A stretch of 64,000 nucleotides of DNA, from the NCBI RefSeq assembly GCF_009914755.1, contig NC_060931.1; one strand, 5' to 3'. The stretch is from the human T2T-CHM13v2.0 reference genome, Homo sapiens. This document shows, one piece after another, positions 13,674-32,100 of this stretch. A model generated the notes under the pieces. That model was not told where the DNA came from. It ran no database searches and saw nothing but the letters and a program-made list of their open reading frames with translations. A program made the position numbers and the translations under genes. How positions within the stretch are numbered: position 1 is the stretch's first letter; each line of letters begins with the position of its first letter.

Positions 13674-14740
13674 TTCTAGATCATTTTCGTTTGCATTTTT
13701 TATATTTAAATTAATATACAGCTAAATGTTATTTTACTATTGATTGTGGTGGCGTTAATCATAATGACTTGTCAGTCTAACTTGCTGCCAGCGTCTTAAT
13801 TTCCAACATGTCTGAAAGGTTTTAAAGGATTTCACAATATGCAATTTTATATTTACTATTTATATATGTATAATTGTGTCTATTTTTACATAAATGGTAT
13901 TATATAGTACATATTGCTCAATACCTATTTTTCCATTTAACAGAATACCTTCAAGATTTGCTGTTCATGTCAAAATATGTTGCTCTCTACCTCATTCTGT
14001 TTAGCTGTCACATATTGTCCATAGCAGGATAAAGTTAAACTTATTTTATCATCTCCTATGGGTGACTATGTAGCTTATATTCAGCTTTTACTGTTGAAAG
14101 GAATGCAGCAATAAAAACTGGCAAAAGTCTCTATTTCTCCTACCAGTACTGGAAAATCACATACACACTATGGCGGCACATTTTCACAACAGAGAAATTA
14201 ATGTGATAATCATGGCTACTATAAAGAAAAAAGGGGTTAATTAACTTGGTCAGGGACTTCAAACATGACAGTGGGCATTATTCAGAATGGACATTTTATG
14301 CTTCTAATTGCTGGGCAGGGACTACTCTAGGGAAAGGCCTGAGCAGAATGGAAAAATCTGTCTACCTAAAGGACATATGAAGGAATTAGAAGTGTCCTTG
14401 GGTAGGGTATTTGTCAGCTTGACCCCGCCTGAGAAAATGTCAAGATCACACTGCATATATTAGAAACATGAAACCATTGAATATGTCAAGCTTCTAGGAA
14501 CTTCCACAATTATCAAGTTGAACCCTTTCCATTTTTAGATGAGGACACCAAGCCTCACAAATGTTAAGTGATTTGTTCAAGATCATAGTAGTAGGTTTCG
14601 ATCATGGCTTAGCTTGTCCACTGACACTAGAACCAGGGGCTAAAAGTTGAAATACCTGATTTTTACAACTCAGAAGGCATAAGACTTACAGTAGCACATC
14701 ATTTTAAAGTTTTCTAGTTTGTCAGACTATCTTTATTTAT

Positions 14741-15050
14741 TTTTTAATTTTTTTTTTTTTTTTTGAGATGACAATGTCTCACTCTATTGCCCAGACTTGA
14801 GTACAGTGGCACAATCATAGCTCATTTCAGCCTTGAATTCCTGGGCTCAAGTGATCCTCCTGCCTCAGCTTCCTGAGTGTCTGGGCCTGCAGGCTTGTGT
14901 CATCACACTTGGCTAATTTTTAAATGTTTTAGTAGAGATGGGGGTCTCACCATGTTGCCCAGGCTGGTCTCAAAATCCTGTCCTCAAGCAATCCTCCCAC
15001 CTTGGCCTCCCGAAGTGCTGGGATTACAGATGTGAGCCACAGCAGCCAGC
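14741..15050 (-). mobile_element. AluJ
   Basis: J diagnostics (atcatagctca, cctgggctcaagtgatcctcc); TSD caga..atctttatttat on both sides. Confidence 0.9.
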
Positions 15051-15299
15051 ACAGAGAATCTTTATTTATACTTTTTAAAAACATAATCTCTAAATATGAA
15101 AATTCATATTAGAGTAGCTTCATTTGTGATAAAATATCAGCTGTCATTGTCTCAGCAACCACAGCAAAGAAGAGTCCAAATGAATCCACAGCCGGTTTGA
15201 GATTCTCATTCCTAACAATGCCAGTCTGTTTGTTCATGTGTATTAAAGTATCATTAGAAAGGAAGCAGCCTCAGATGAAGCCATTTTAGCCATTGATGT

Positions 15300-15625
15300 G
15301 TCTCAAAAGGGTTAATCAGATACAGAAACTTAACAATTTCTAGAATTGTAAGGAAATAATTTTGTTTCTTGTAAAGCAAGAGTAATAATTGATGCTCACG
15401 TGAATTGACATTTTTGGTAGCTTAGAAATGGCACCAAATGTGGGTTTTGGCAAAACCTATATTTTCATGAAGAAATGGCTTTTAAACATGTTGGCATTTC
15501 TGTTCATGATAGACACACCATTTGAATCCAAACCCTTGCAGAGGTGACATGACACTGCACTGAAGGCAGTGACACATTTTTTTTAAAAAAAACTTCACAT
15601 AAAATTATGTAAACACTTAAAGTGA
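15300..15625 (+). mobile_element. Possible very old hAT/Charlie transposase remnant
   Basis: Weak resemblance to the hAT C-terminal W..LAFL.D...LQG coding stretch; no intact ORF. Confidence 0.25.
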
Positions 15626-16789
15626 ATGAGACACCTGCCTTTGAGACACCCGCCTTTCAGTCGCCCTTGTTATGCCACCCACAGCCTTTTCTCCTTGGCT
15701 ATTCTTAGCAGGATTTATTTTGAGCCTAGTGGTGGTAAAAGATGTAACATAAAATGAAACCCGACACTTAGAGCTCCCTATTATTAATTCATAAATTCAG
15801 TCTGGGATCACCCATTGGTGCCAATGAAAGATTAGCCTAGAGAACAATCACGGTTCACATTCTATACAGTAGTATAGAAGAAAGTTTGCCACTGATAATT
15901 GTATTTATGTAAGTGCTAGCAATAATTGCCTGGTGGTCTTGGAACAGCGATAAAGAAGAAAATGACCAGAGTAAACTCTGCTGTTCAATTTCTTGGACTA
16001 AAAACTGCATGGAGACAGGAAAACAGCCTGAAAACAACCAACCATGGCCCCCCTCAATGATTTGGAGAAATGAAACAATTTTGGACATTTTCTTAGGTTA
16101 ATAGATGGTTACTGAGTACTTCTGGAGTTCCTCTAGGGTATACCGGTACACTATTAGGTACTAGGGGTCACATGTTAAATTACAAACAAAAGCTTTGGTT
16201 CCCAAATTATAGCCCTTGTTAGGAAAAGCAAAGAAACAAAACATGATCAACATATAAGTGGGAATTTTTTCTTAGTAATTCAAGTAATTCTTAAGGCTTC
16301 CATTATGTAAACCTGTGGCTGAACTTATAAAATACTGAAACAACTCATTGAAAACCAATCAGTTACATATCCACAAATAAAATGGTATGATAAATAGTTC
16401 TTTCTCATAAACACTGTTAGTTTGTTGTCTTGGCTTCATATGAACAGAGAATGAAGGCAAGTCCTCATTGTAAAACACCAAAGTCATAGAATAAAGAACT
16501 CCCAGAACTGGAAGAGACTTTAAGTTCACCTGGTTAACTGCCAATATCATCACATGTATTATCCACCTGGTGGATTTTACTTGTTTTAAAATCCCTGCCT
16601 GACTTCTCCTTGCCTCTCCTTGAATTTTAAAATTGCTATCTCATACTATCACTTGAGACTGCAAATCCTTTTTCATACTAGCAAAATAAAAATATAAGAA
16701 TATAAATATACACAAAACTACAAAGTAAAAGGAAATGACTTGTAGCATCTCAAAGTTAAGAAAAAACACCGAGGCTTTTTTGTTCTTCG

Positions 16790-17845
16790 TTTTTTTTTGT
16801 TTTTGTTTTTGTTTTTTGTTTTGTGTGTGTGTGTGTGTGTGTGTCTGTGTTAGAAACACTTAACATAAGATCTACTCTCCCAACAAAAATTTGTACCATA
16901 AATTATTGTTAACTATAGATACAATGTCCTATAGCAGATCTCTAGAGCTTATTCACCTTGCTTGAGTGAAATGTTATGCCTTTGATTAGTAACTTCCCAT
17001 TTTCCCCTCCCCCTCAGCCTGTTTACCACCATTCTGCTCTTTGATTCTATGAATTTAACTATTTTAGAGACCTCAGGTAAGTGGAATCATGCAGTATTTG
17101 TCTTTCTGTGACTGGTATATTTCACTTAGCATAAGATCCCCAACATTCATTCATGATGTCACATATTGCAGAATTTTCTTCTTTTTAAGGCTGAATAGTA
17201 TTCCGTGGCATGAATATACCACATTTTCTTTATCCATTCAAATGTCAATGAACATTTAGGTTGTTTCCACATCTTGGCTATTGTGAATAGTGTTTCAATT
17301 TACATAGGAGTACTAATAACACTTCAAGATTATGGTTGCATCTCTTTTGGATGGATACTGAAAAGTGTGATTGCTGGATCATACAGCAATTTTATTTTTA
17401 ATTTTTTGAGGAACTGCCAAACTATTTTCCATAGAGACTGCAACATTTTGCATTCTTGCTAACAGTGTGCAAGTGCTCCAATTAAAAAGCTTATGCACAG
17501 CAAAGGAAACAATCAACAGCGTGAAAAAGCAACCTAAAGATTGAGAGAACATATTTGCAAACCATAAATCTGATAAGTGGTTAATGTCCAAAATATATAA
17601 AGAACTCCTACAACTCAAAAGTTTTTTTAAAAAAACTAATACCCTGATTAAGAAATGGACGACAGATTTAAATAGACATTTCTCCAAAAAAGACATACAA
17701 ATGGCCAACCAGTACATGCAAACATGTTCAATGTCAACAATTATCAGGGAAATGAAATCAAAACCACAATGAGATATTGCCTCATACCTGCTAGCATGGT
17801 TATTATTTTAAAAAGACAAGTATTAGTGAGGATGTGGAGAAATTT
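16790..17845. mobile_element. L1MA-type element on the - strand with inverted 5' segment
   Basis: 16850-17483 is an antisense L1MA 3' end, with a T/TG tail at 16790-16850. 17480-17845 is sense ORF2 C-terminal sequence that ends exactly where the antisense part starts (gaggatgtggagaaatt). Confidence 0.8.
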
Positions 17846-18744
17846 CATGTTTTTTTGGTCTTAGCTGAAGTATACAGTAACACAGATAATTTCTTTCTTT
17901 CCATTAAAGGAGCTAGTCAGATGTGACCTCACGTACCTCACATTTCTCATAATACTCTCATCCAACTGCTAAATAGGCAAGCAAATATTAAATTCAAGAA
18001 TGGTGTGTCTGCAAGAGAATAGTTATTATAGAGAAGTAGTTACTGAGAAATTAATGGAATATGTGTATTTGTCATATAAAATAAAGAACTCATAAGAGTT
18101 CAATTATATACATGGCTGATATGCTGGGAAGGACAGGAAAATAATTGGGAAAACTAATGTCAAAACGATAGCTGAGTTTTTAGTAATGAACCATTTCCCT
18201 GGACTTGCATTGATGATAGTCACAAGTAGAGTAGCTATAATCTAAACACTTCTTACTAAAAATAAGATCCTAGAATATCCATAGACTGGGAAGTTGGCCA
18301 TAGATAGTGCCCAGATTTATAGAAACCACCACAGAATGGCTTTTCATCTGTATCTGGTTTTTAGGTGAAACAAGGTGTGTTTAAAAAGCATATACTGGAA
18401 AAAGAGAAAAAAAGAAAAAATCTGTAGAGGAAAAATATAAGGAAGAGAAGAAAATTACCAAAAAAGAGTACTGTAATTAGTACATTTTGTGTAATGAGAT
18501 GATCTCACGTTCAGAAAACAAGAACAAGATGTTGTGGAAAAAGCAGAGGACAATAGTTTGGAAATTAAAAATACGATTGTTCCAGGAGAAAAAAATCAGA
18601 CATAGCCAGAATATGGAATAATCTATAAGAATGTGAATGTCTACTAAAAGGGAATGTCATTTTTTAAAGTGTGTATGGAATAGGTGGGGGACATGATTGG
18701 GGACAAGACTGTATTAGGTTAAAAGATTCCAAAGAGAAGTAACA

Positions 18745-18823
18745 GTTCATTGTAGCATTATTCACAATAGCCAAGATATGCAAACAACCTGTTTGTCCAC
18801 AAAGGAATGGATAAAGAATATGT

Positions 18824-18871
<48 letters not shown>

Positions 18872-19342
18872 TACTATTCAGCAATTACAAAAAAAGAAGA
18901 AATTTGCAACATGAATGAAACTTGAGGACATTATGCTAAGTGGAATTAGACACAGAAAGAAAAGTACTACCTTATCTCACTTATATGTGGAATATATAAA
19001 AATTAAATTCCTAGAAGCAATGTCAATTACCAGAGGCCAGAGTATGGGGAAAATGGGGAGATGTTGGTTAAAGGGTACGGAGTTTCAGTTACGTAGGGTG
19101 GATTAGTTCTAGAGCTCTAATGTGCACCATAGTGACTATAGTTAACCATAGTATATTGGATACTTAAAATTTGTTATAATAGTGGATCTTACATGTTCTC
19201 ACCACATGGACAAAATAGGTTAACTATGTGAGGTGATGGGTATGTTAATTAGCTTGACTGTAGTAATCATTCTGCAATGTAGATGCATATCAAAATGTCA
19301 CATTGTATACCTCAAATATGTACAATTTTTATTTAAAAAAAT
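18745..19342 (+). mobile_element. L1MA-type 3' end
   Basis: gttcattgtagcattattcacaatagccaag ... aactatgtgaggtgatgggtatgttaattagcttga ... tacaattttt. Confidence 0.8.
18826..18869 (+). repeat. (CA)22 microsatellite
   Basis: Perfect dinucleotide run inside an L1. Confidence 0.97.
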
Positions 19343-20409
19343 TTTTCCAAATTCGATGTATGGACCTTAATTTAATCTTCGTTCAAAAAAAAAAAAGCAC
19401 CTATGAAAGACATTTAGCAAACAGCTATAGATATATGCATGTAGATCAGATATTAGAGAATATTGGGGTATTATCATTAATTTTCTTGGTATAATAATGG
19501 TATTATGATTGGTAGGAGAATGTGCTTGAGTTATGAGATGTTTGCTGAAGTTGTTAGTGATGAAGCATCATTATAGCTGAAATATTCTAAATGGTTCCAA
19601 AAATATTAAAACAAAAAAATGCAAAAATATTATTATACTTTACCTTTTCCTATTACAATGACAATCCATTTTTAATGTAGAAGAAACAAATATATACAGA
19701 AAAACAAGAAGAAAGTTTACAACCAACCATAAACACAGCTCTCCTCCAGACACTGCTAACACCTTGATGTTTGCCATGTATGTATAATATATACTTATAT
19801 ATGTATACCTCCATAATATATAATATATATACACTCACACACATAATACCCTAATTTATTGTACCCATCTCCTCCAGTGAGTGGAGTTTTACTTATTACT
19901 TGGGCCCACTTCTTCCTTTTGGTGCCTGAGGCTTTCCTTAAGCGTGCAAAACTTGGGGTGCTTCTCAATTCCCTCTTGTTGAGACCTTAGCAGTTTGTTT
20001 TCTTATCCATTCTGTCAATGAGATTTTCCTCTCATTTGCATTAGCCCAGAAGGGCAAGGAGCATTTTTATCTAGATGAGTGTATCTTACACATAACAAAT
20101 TGGTTGCATATCTTTGCTCACTGATACTTTATTTAGCAGGCTAATCTGATAAACTATTTCTCAAGTTATAATAACATTCACCATGGTGGTAAACTTGATA
20201 AAGTTTCTGAGTCTCGAAAAACAGAAGTCAATTGCTTGCAACTACATTGCATTGTAGGTAATCCAATAAAGAATTTCTTTTCATGTTGACAGGATAAAAA
20301 TTGGCAGGGAGCAGGGGAAGGTGTTAACCTGTTAGGGAAAATGCAGGATAATCACATATGGCATTTTATTGCTTTGGAATCTTTTTATTGTAATATCCTC
20401 ATTTTGGAT

Positions 20410-20615
20410 GAGGTAACTTGGCATCAGATAGATCCAGCTTCAAATAATGGCTCTGTTACTTTTTCACCTTGGACAAGTTATTGATTTTTTCTGCCCATTT
20501 TTCTCATCTGTAATATGGATCATGAGGTATGTATGGAAATCTCATAGGTCTGTTATAAAGATGTAATGAGTAATAAGGTCATGTATTGAAAGCTTTTTGT
20601 AAATTATTAAGTGCT
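20410..20615 (+). mobile_element. MIR
   Basis: caccttggacaagttatt...tttctcatctgtaatatgg core. Confidence 0.6.
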
Positions 20616-20709
20616 AATGGTGGTGATTGGGGTGGGATGTAGGTAGTGGTTGTGGTAGTGGTAGTAGCAAGAATTAGCAGTAGCAGAAATAGTGACACAA
20701 GTAAAAATA

Positions 20710-21732
<1,023 letters not shown>

Positions 21733-21780
21733 TTATTTTGCTCGTTAGTTGATGGAGTTTCTTCCTAGCCTCGATGGTCT

Positions 21781-22797
21781 TTACAATTTGGCATGATTTT
21801 GCAGTGGCTGGTACCAATTGTTCCTTTCCATGTTTAGCGCTTCCTTCAGGAGCTCTTTTAGGGCAGGCCTGGTGGTGACAAAATCTCTCAGCATTTGCTT
21901 GTCTGTAAAGTATTTTATTTCTCCTTCATTTATGAAGCTTAGTTTGGCTGGATATGAAATTCTGGGTTGAAAATTCTTTTCTTTAAGAATGTTAAATATT
22001 GGCCCCCACTCTCTTCTGGCTTGCAGAGTTTCTGCCGAGAGATCCGCTGTTAGTCTGATGGGCTTCCCTTTGAGGGTAACCCGACCTTTCTCTCTGGCTG
22101 CCCTTAACATTTTTTCCTTCATTTCAACTTTGGTGAATCTGACAATTATGTGTCTTGGAGTTGCTCTTCTTGAGGAGTATCTTTGTGGTGTTCTCTGTAT
22201 TTCCTGAATCTGAATGTTGGCCTGCCTTGCTAGATTGGGGAAGTTCTCCTGGATAATATCCTGCAGAGTGTTTTCCAACTTGGTTCCATTCTCCCCGTCA
22301 CTTTCAGGTACACCAATCAGACACAGATTTGGTCTTTTCACATAGTCCCATATTTCTTGGAGGCTTTGTTCGTTTCTTTTTATTCTTTTTTCTCTAAACT
22401 TCCCTTCTCGCTTCATTTCATTCATTTCATCTTCCATCACTGATACCCTTTCTTCCAGTTGATCGCATCAGCTCCTGAGGCTTCTGCATTCTTCACATAG
22501 TTCTCGAACCTTGACTTTCAGCTCCATCAGCTCCTTTAAGCACTTCTCTGTATTGGTTATTCTAGTTAATACATTCGTCTAAATCTTTTTCAAAGTTTTC
22601 AACTTCTTTGCCTTTGGTTTGAATTTCCTCCTGTAGCTCAGAGTAGTTTGATCATCTGAAGCCTTCTTCTCTCAACTTGTCAAAGTCATTCTCCGTCCAG
22701 CTTTGTTCCGTTGCTGGTGAGGAGCTACGTTCCTTTGGAGGAGGAGAGGCACTCGCTTTTTAGAGTTTCCAGTTTTTCTGCTCTGTTTTTTCCCCAT
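21781..22797 (-). pseudogene. L1 ORF1 (RNA-binding chaperone), frameshifted
   Basis: ATGGGGAAAAAACAG at 22797, stop at 21781. A -1 near 22754 and a +1 near 22568 give an early TGA; only the C-terminal 219 aa are open. Confidence 0.88.
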
Positions 22798-26700
<3,903 letters not shown>

Positions 26701-27711
26701 ATGAGGACACATGGACACCGGAAGGGGAACATCACACTCTGGGGACTGTTGTGGGGTGGGGGGAGGGAGGAGGGATAGTTTTAGGAGATATACCTAATGC
26801 TAAATGACGAGTTAATGGGTGCAGCACACCAGCATGGCACATGTATACATATGTAACTAACCTGCACATTGTGCACATGTACCCTAAAACTTAAAGTATA
26901 ATAATAATGAAATAAAATAAAATAAACATAAAAATAAAAAAATAATAAAAAAATTAAAATAAAATAAAAAACCATTTTTTAATACAAATGTTTTGAGGAT
27001 AGTGTGATGTTAATCAGATGCATTTATGGTAGTGTATTTTTAGACACTCTACAGATGACTGTAAAATAAATTGTATGTATTTGGAGGTAGAGGGGGGAAA
27101 AAAGAAGTATTACTTGCCCCTAGAATTTTATAATAAAAACTAATGTTTATTTTCTATTTCACTGTCTCTAGAAAGAGTTCTATTTTATTGTAAATTATAA
27201 GAGCAGTTTAATAATAAAGTCTTCTAAATAAAACATTTCCACTAAATTTATAGCATCTTCTATCTCTGCTCAAGATTCCCAATTTTGCATAAATATTCCT
27301 TCAGTTTAAATTTATATTTGTCGTGATTCTTAAATCTTGATAAAAGAGAAAAAGTACTCCTTTAGAACTAAGTGATATGTAACAGCTCTCTCATATAATA
27401 AATTAACTTCAGAATAACCTTCACATAATGCATTCATTTTGTTTTTCCTTTGTTTATAAAAAAAAGTGCTCTTGGGAAATGGACAAGTTTCTGAAACACT
27501 CAGTTCACAGCATTCACTTTTTTAGCGTTAAACATCAGGTATTTTATGACCCAACTGGCACATAATGCAAAAATATATGTATATATCTTTTCTAGTGGAG
27601 GATTAATGAGGTGGATGTTTATTTTGTGGTTATTTTTAGTGAAGAATTAGTAGAGCGGCTGTTTAAAGAAAACACACTAACACATCAACAATATGGAATG
27701 ATATATTCTAT

Positions 27712-28196
27712 TATAAAGATACATGGACATATATGTTCATTGCAGCACTATTTACAATAGCAAAGACATGGAATCAACCCAAATGCCCATCAATGATAGA
27801 CTGAATAAAGAAAATGTGGTACAGAGATACCATGGAATACTATGCAGCCATAAAAGGAACAAGATCATGTCCTTTGCAGGGACATGGATGGAGCTGGAAG
27901 CCATTATCCTCACCAAACTAACACAGGAACAGAATACCAAATACCGCATGTTCTCACTTCTAAATGGGAACTGAACAATGAGAACACATGGATGCAGGGA
28001 GGGGAACAACACACACTGGGGCCTGTCAGGGGGGCAGGGGGAGGGAGAGCATCAGGATAAATAGCTAATGCATGTGGGGCTTAATACCTAGGTGATGGTT
28101 TGATAGGTGCAGCAAACCACCGTGACACGATTACCTATGTCACAAACCTGCACATCCTCCACATGTATCCTGGAATTTAAAATAAAATTAAAAATA
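27712..28196 (+). mobile_element. 5'-truncated L1PA (approx. L1PA10-13) 3' end
   Basis: tataaagatacatg...gggagagcatcaggataaatagctaatgcatgtggggcttaatacctaggtgatgg...aaataaaattaaaa. Confidence 0.85.
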
Positions 28197-28534
28197 TATA
28201 TGGAGAGAATGATATTTAAGACAAAAAGATGTTCTTTCTACCTATTTAGATTGTTTAATCTTCAATTAGCGTGTTTGGAAAAGCACATAAGCATGATGAT
28301 ATGAGGTGCTGAAGTAAACATGTAGATAAATATAACTAAACTCTAAAAATGCCACCTCCTCCACAAAAATCTTCATCAGCACCCTAGAAAGAGGTGTGAT
28401 TCTTTTCACTTGCAATCCATTACATGTTCAAACATGTAAGCAATAGTCACCTAGGCTCTGAGCCTCATTCATTGAGTATGAGGGCACCATTTTAAAATAA
28501 ATTTGGGTGGAACAGAGTCATAGTCCATACACTT

Positions 28535-28960
28535 ACAGTTCATTCATTGATTAATTCATGCATTGAACAAATATCTAGTAAGTGCATACCCTGAGCCAAG
28601 TCCTATCTTAGATGCTAAGAACACTATAGTGAACAAGGTACAGTCCCTGCCCTGATAGAGCTTATATCTTGGTTGAATGACAGGGGAAGAAATGCAATAA
28701 ATTGAAGACAAGTAGATACAGATGGTGGTGTGTGCTATAGAGAAGAAAAGGAGTGGAGTAAAAGAGACAGACAGCTGGTTGGGAGGAGAGTGCTCTCTGG
28801 CATAGGATGGATACAAAGGCCTCCCTGGTCTGCTGATGTTAGGACAGAAGCATGGAGAACACAAGGAAGACAGTTCTGGATTACTGGAGGGAATGGATCC
28901 AAACAGAAGTGATGCAAAAGCCCTGGTGCAGGTAGAAATTTTAGTATTTTTAAGGGCCAG
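28535..28960 (-). mobile_element. L2 3' end
   Basis: cattcatt...aacaaatatct...gtgaacaag...gtccctgccct...gagctt, the antisense L2 tail. Confidence 0.7.
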
Positions 28961-28964
28961 CTCA

Positions 28965-29100
28965 AGTTAACTAGCTTCTCTGAGTTGCAATTTCCTCTGT
29001 TGTAAAAATGGGGATAATAATAGTACTATGAAGGACAGTTTGTGAAGATTTAATAAAATAGTGTGTGCAAAATACCTAGCGCAGTGAGTGTTCTGTGAAA
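28965..29100 (+). mobile_element. MIR
   Basis: ttctctgag...tgtaaaaatggggataataatagtac. Confidence 0.65.
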
Positions 29101-32100
29101 ATCTTAGGTGCATTTCTTCTGTAAATATCTACTCACGTCAGTGTTTCTGTAAATATGAACTCATGTTGGTGTGTGTGTTAGTATGTGTCATTATGGTCTC
29201 TCTTCTTTGACAGCAATGTGCCTTTTGAACAGTAAGCCCAAGGTAATTACCAGATTGTGTTCCAGAAAACACTAAGGCAGCCCCTGCCTGTGTTAAACAT
29301 TTCATGAACCACTTTATGAAGCTTGTTTCCACCTCCACTTACCTTTCTTGAGTCCTGCCACCATTGGTCTACCCAGAGCCCCCTGCTGCTGAGGCCTTCT
29401 CCTAGAAATGGAAGGTTTTTGGGTGGGAGATGCCCAGGATAGCTCAGGACCAGCTCTCCTCCATGTGTGTTACTCACTCCACCCATGGGAAATGCATGCA
29501 CCCATAGTGAGGGGTGGGGCAGATTTCTTTCCATCCCTCCTCTAAACCCTGATATCTCTCCAGTTCCCTCTTTTCCAAGCTTAGACAGGCAAAGGAGCTA
29601 AGGCAGCTGAAATGCTCTGCATAAAATAATGGGAGAAATTTAGGATCAGAGTGGGTGTTTGCCCTTGAGAGGAATAGCTGAGAGAAAAGAGGTGAAAAAC
29701 ACCTTTTCAAGCATCACGGTTATGTGGCTGAGAAGCTTTCAAGAACAGAAAAGGCCACTAAGTATTTTTAAGGAGTTTGCCCTGTTGCACTGTAAATTCT
29801 CTCCATCTTTTCAAACTTTTAATAAAGTCTGTCAAAAACCAGGTCTTTGTATGTGGCTTTTTTTTTTTTTTTTTTTTGGTAGCAACCAAGGAAAGGGGCT
29901 AAGTTCTATTTTGTGGTAAACAGAGCTGAAATCAATGCAAAGCCCCATGACCAACAGTGGGCGAGTAAGAATTTAGCAGAGGAAGGAAGCAGGAACCAGC
30001 CATCACCATCCCTCCATCTCCTAGAGTTCCTCAGAAGTGTTTCGAGGGCGTTGGATGTTTCAAGGCAGTAGTATACCTATCTTAATGAGCAGGATGGCCT
30101 TAGCTGACATGTGCATGTATGTGAGACTTGCTTTGGGCAGCACCCCAGACAAAGATAGGCACTGAATTCTCTGGATAACAACATGAAAGTGAGGTTGAAG
30201 CTGCAGATCTGGGAGGGACTCTAGGCCTGCCTGAAAGTGTGTACAATAGACAGGGGTTGTCCACATTTGTCAGTTTCCTCGAGTAGACCCATGCTTGTAT
30301 CTATCATCAGTATGGACTCAAGCTGCATTATTGAGGTCCCAAGAACACATCCAGTAGTGGGCACAGTGGGAGTGGCTTTGTTAACCTCAGTGGTTTACTA
30401 GTTGGTTCTTGAGTTGACACCTTTGATTCCTTAGAACAGAAAGGAAATAAGTCAGAGGAACTTGTCTTGGGCTGCTTCCAGGGCTGTACATAGGTAGAAA
30501 TAATATCAAAGCTAACATTTATTGAGTACTTAGTCTACATAAAGGATTATGTGGGAACTTTATATGTACTCACTCACCTAGTTCCCCCAACAACTCTTTG
30601 AGATAAGTACTTCCTAATATTCTTCCAAAACAAGTGGGCATACTTTGACCCAGCTACAGGTTTTGCAAAACTGGAGCATGTGGAATGAATAGGAGTGCTG
30701 AGGGGAAATTTTGTGAGAAGTAGGAGTTGGTGAAGCAACCAATTCAGCAATTCTTTAATAGCAGATAGGCAGTTAGCTTTATCCAGATACCCAGTGTCTT
30801 TGTCAGGTTTATAGGATGATGTTGTAATTTCATTTACATTTGTCTGAGGTTTCCTTTGAGACCATAAAGTTTCCCAGGCCAAGTCTTCCCAGGTCCCAGA
30901 TCTTACTCTGCTTTTGCAACTTCACTCTGCAGAGGAGGGGATGTGGCCCATGGCAAGCAAGAGGGGATGGCGATGATGATGAAAGTTAGGAAAAAATTGG
31001 ACTTCAAGGAGAAATTAAGGAGGGTGGTCGAATGTAGATCAAATTAAGGTCAACAAAAAGGAGAGTGTGGGCAAGGTTAAAGACTTTGTGCTAAAAGCAA
31101 GAGTTGTATGTATGCTTAGTCATAAAATGTAGCTCTGGAGATCCAGTTCAGGGTCTGGTTCTGTGCACATAAATCCCTTTTGGAATTTACACTTTCCCCC
31201 ATGCAAGTGCACTCATCCTTGGAGCACTAAGCGACCCATTACTGCCCTGGGCAGGGCCAGTCAGGAGTGGGTGGAAGTGATGCGTAATTCACCTCTTGGA
31301 AACCCCATCTTTGGGGAAAGTGAATTTACTGCACATTTAAATGTTTGTCTCTCAGTGACCATTAACTTAAGCCTGGCTCACCAGAGTATCTCGCTTTTAA
31401 TGAAGAATTGCTTTCCTGCAAGAAAAATTCTTGAAATTGTTGGAAAAAGAAAAAGTAAATCCTGAGGGATTGTTAGAACTGGTAGATGTGACATATTCAC
31501 TAGCCTGACTGGATTTCCTTTAAATGCTGAGATGAAAGTCATTCAGCATGGAGCTCTCATCAGTGAGGATTTAAGAGGTTTTGTTTTTGTTCTGTACTAC
31601 TGCCAGGAACTGTAATTAACAGGTAAATGTAAGAGATGGAAATGTATGTTGTTCATCTGATTTAAATAATACTCCTCCTTTAAAAAGCAACATCCATCAT
31701 AACCAAAGTGGACCTGAACAGTAGAAGTCCAGATGTACAGAGGTCTTCCAGAAAGCCACAAAAATAGTGCAATGGTTAGTTTTTCTTTTGGCCTGAGCAT
31801 TGATAAAGGGCCTTAGGCTAGTTTTAGTTTTCCATTAATCTCTCATCTTTCTTTTTTTTTTCTTGCAGTAATCTTACCTAAAAAATGCTTTAACTGGTAT
31901 ATTAGAAATCTTTTATTTTTAGACGTATTCACTTTGAATTCTTTCCTTTTTCCTTACTTGGTAAATATTTATCACACTCCCAGGCAACTCAACATTTCTC
32001 TTATAGAAAGAAGTGTCCCATAAAAGAAATGTGAAAAATGAGCCTTGCGAAAACACAGGTGCCCTGAGAGACATATTTCTGCAAGGACTTGTACTGAAAG

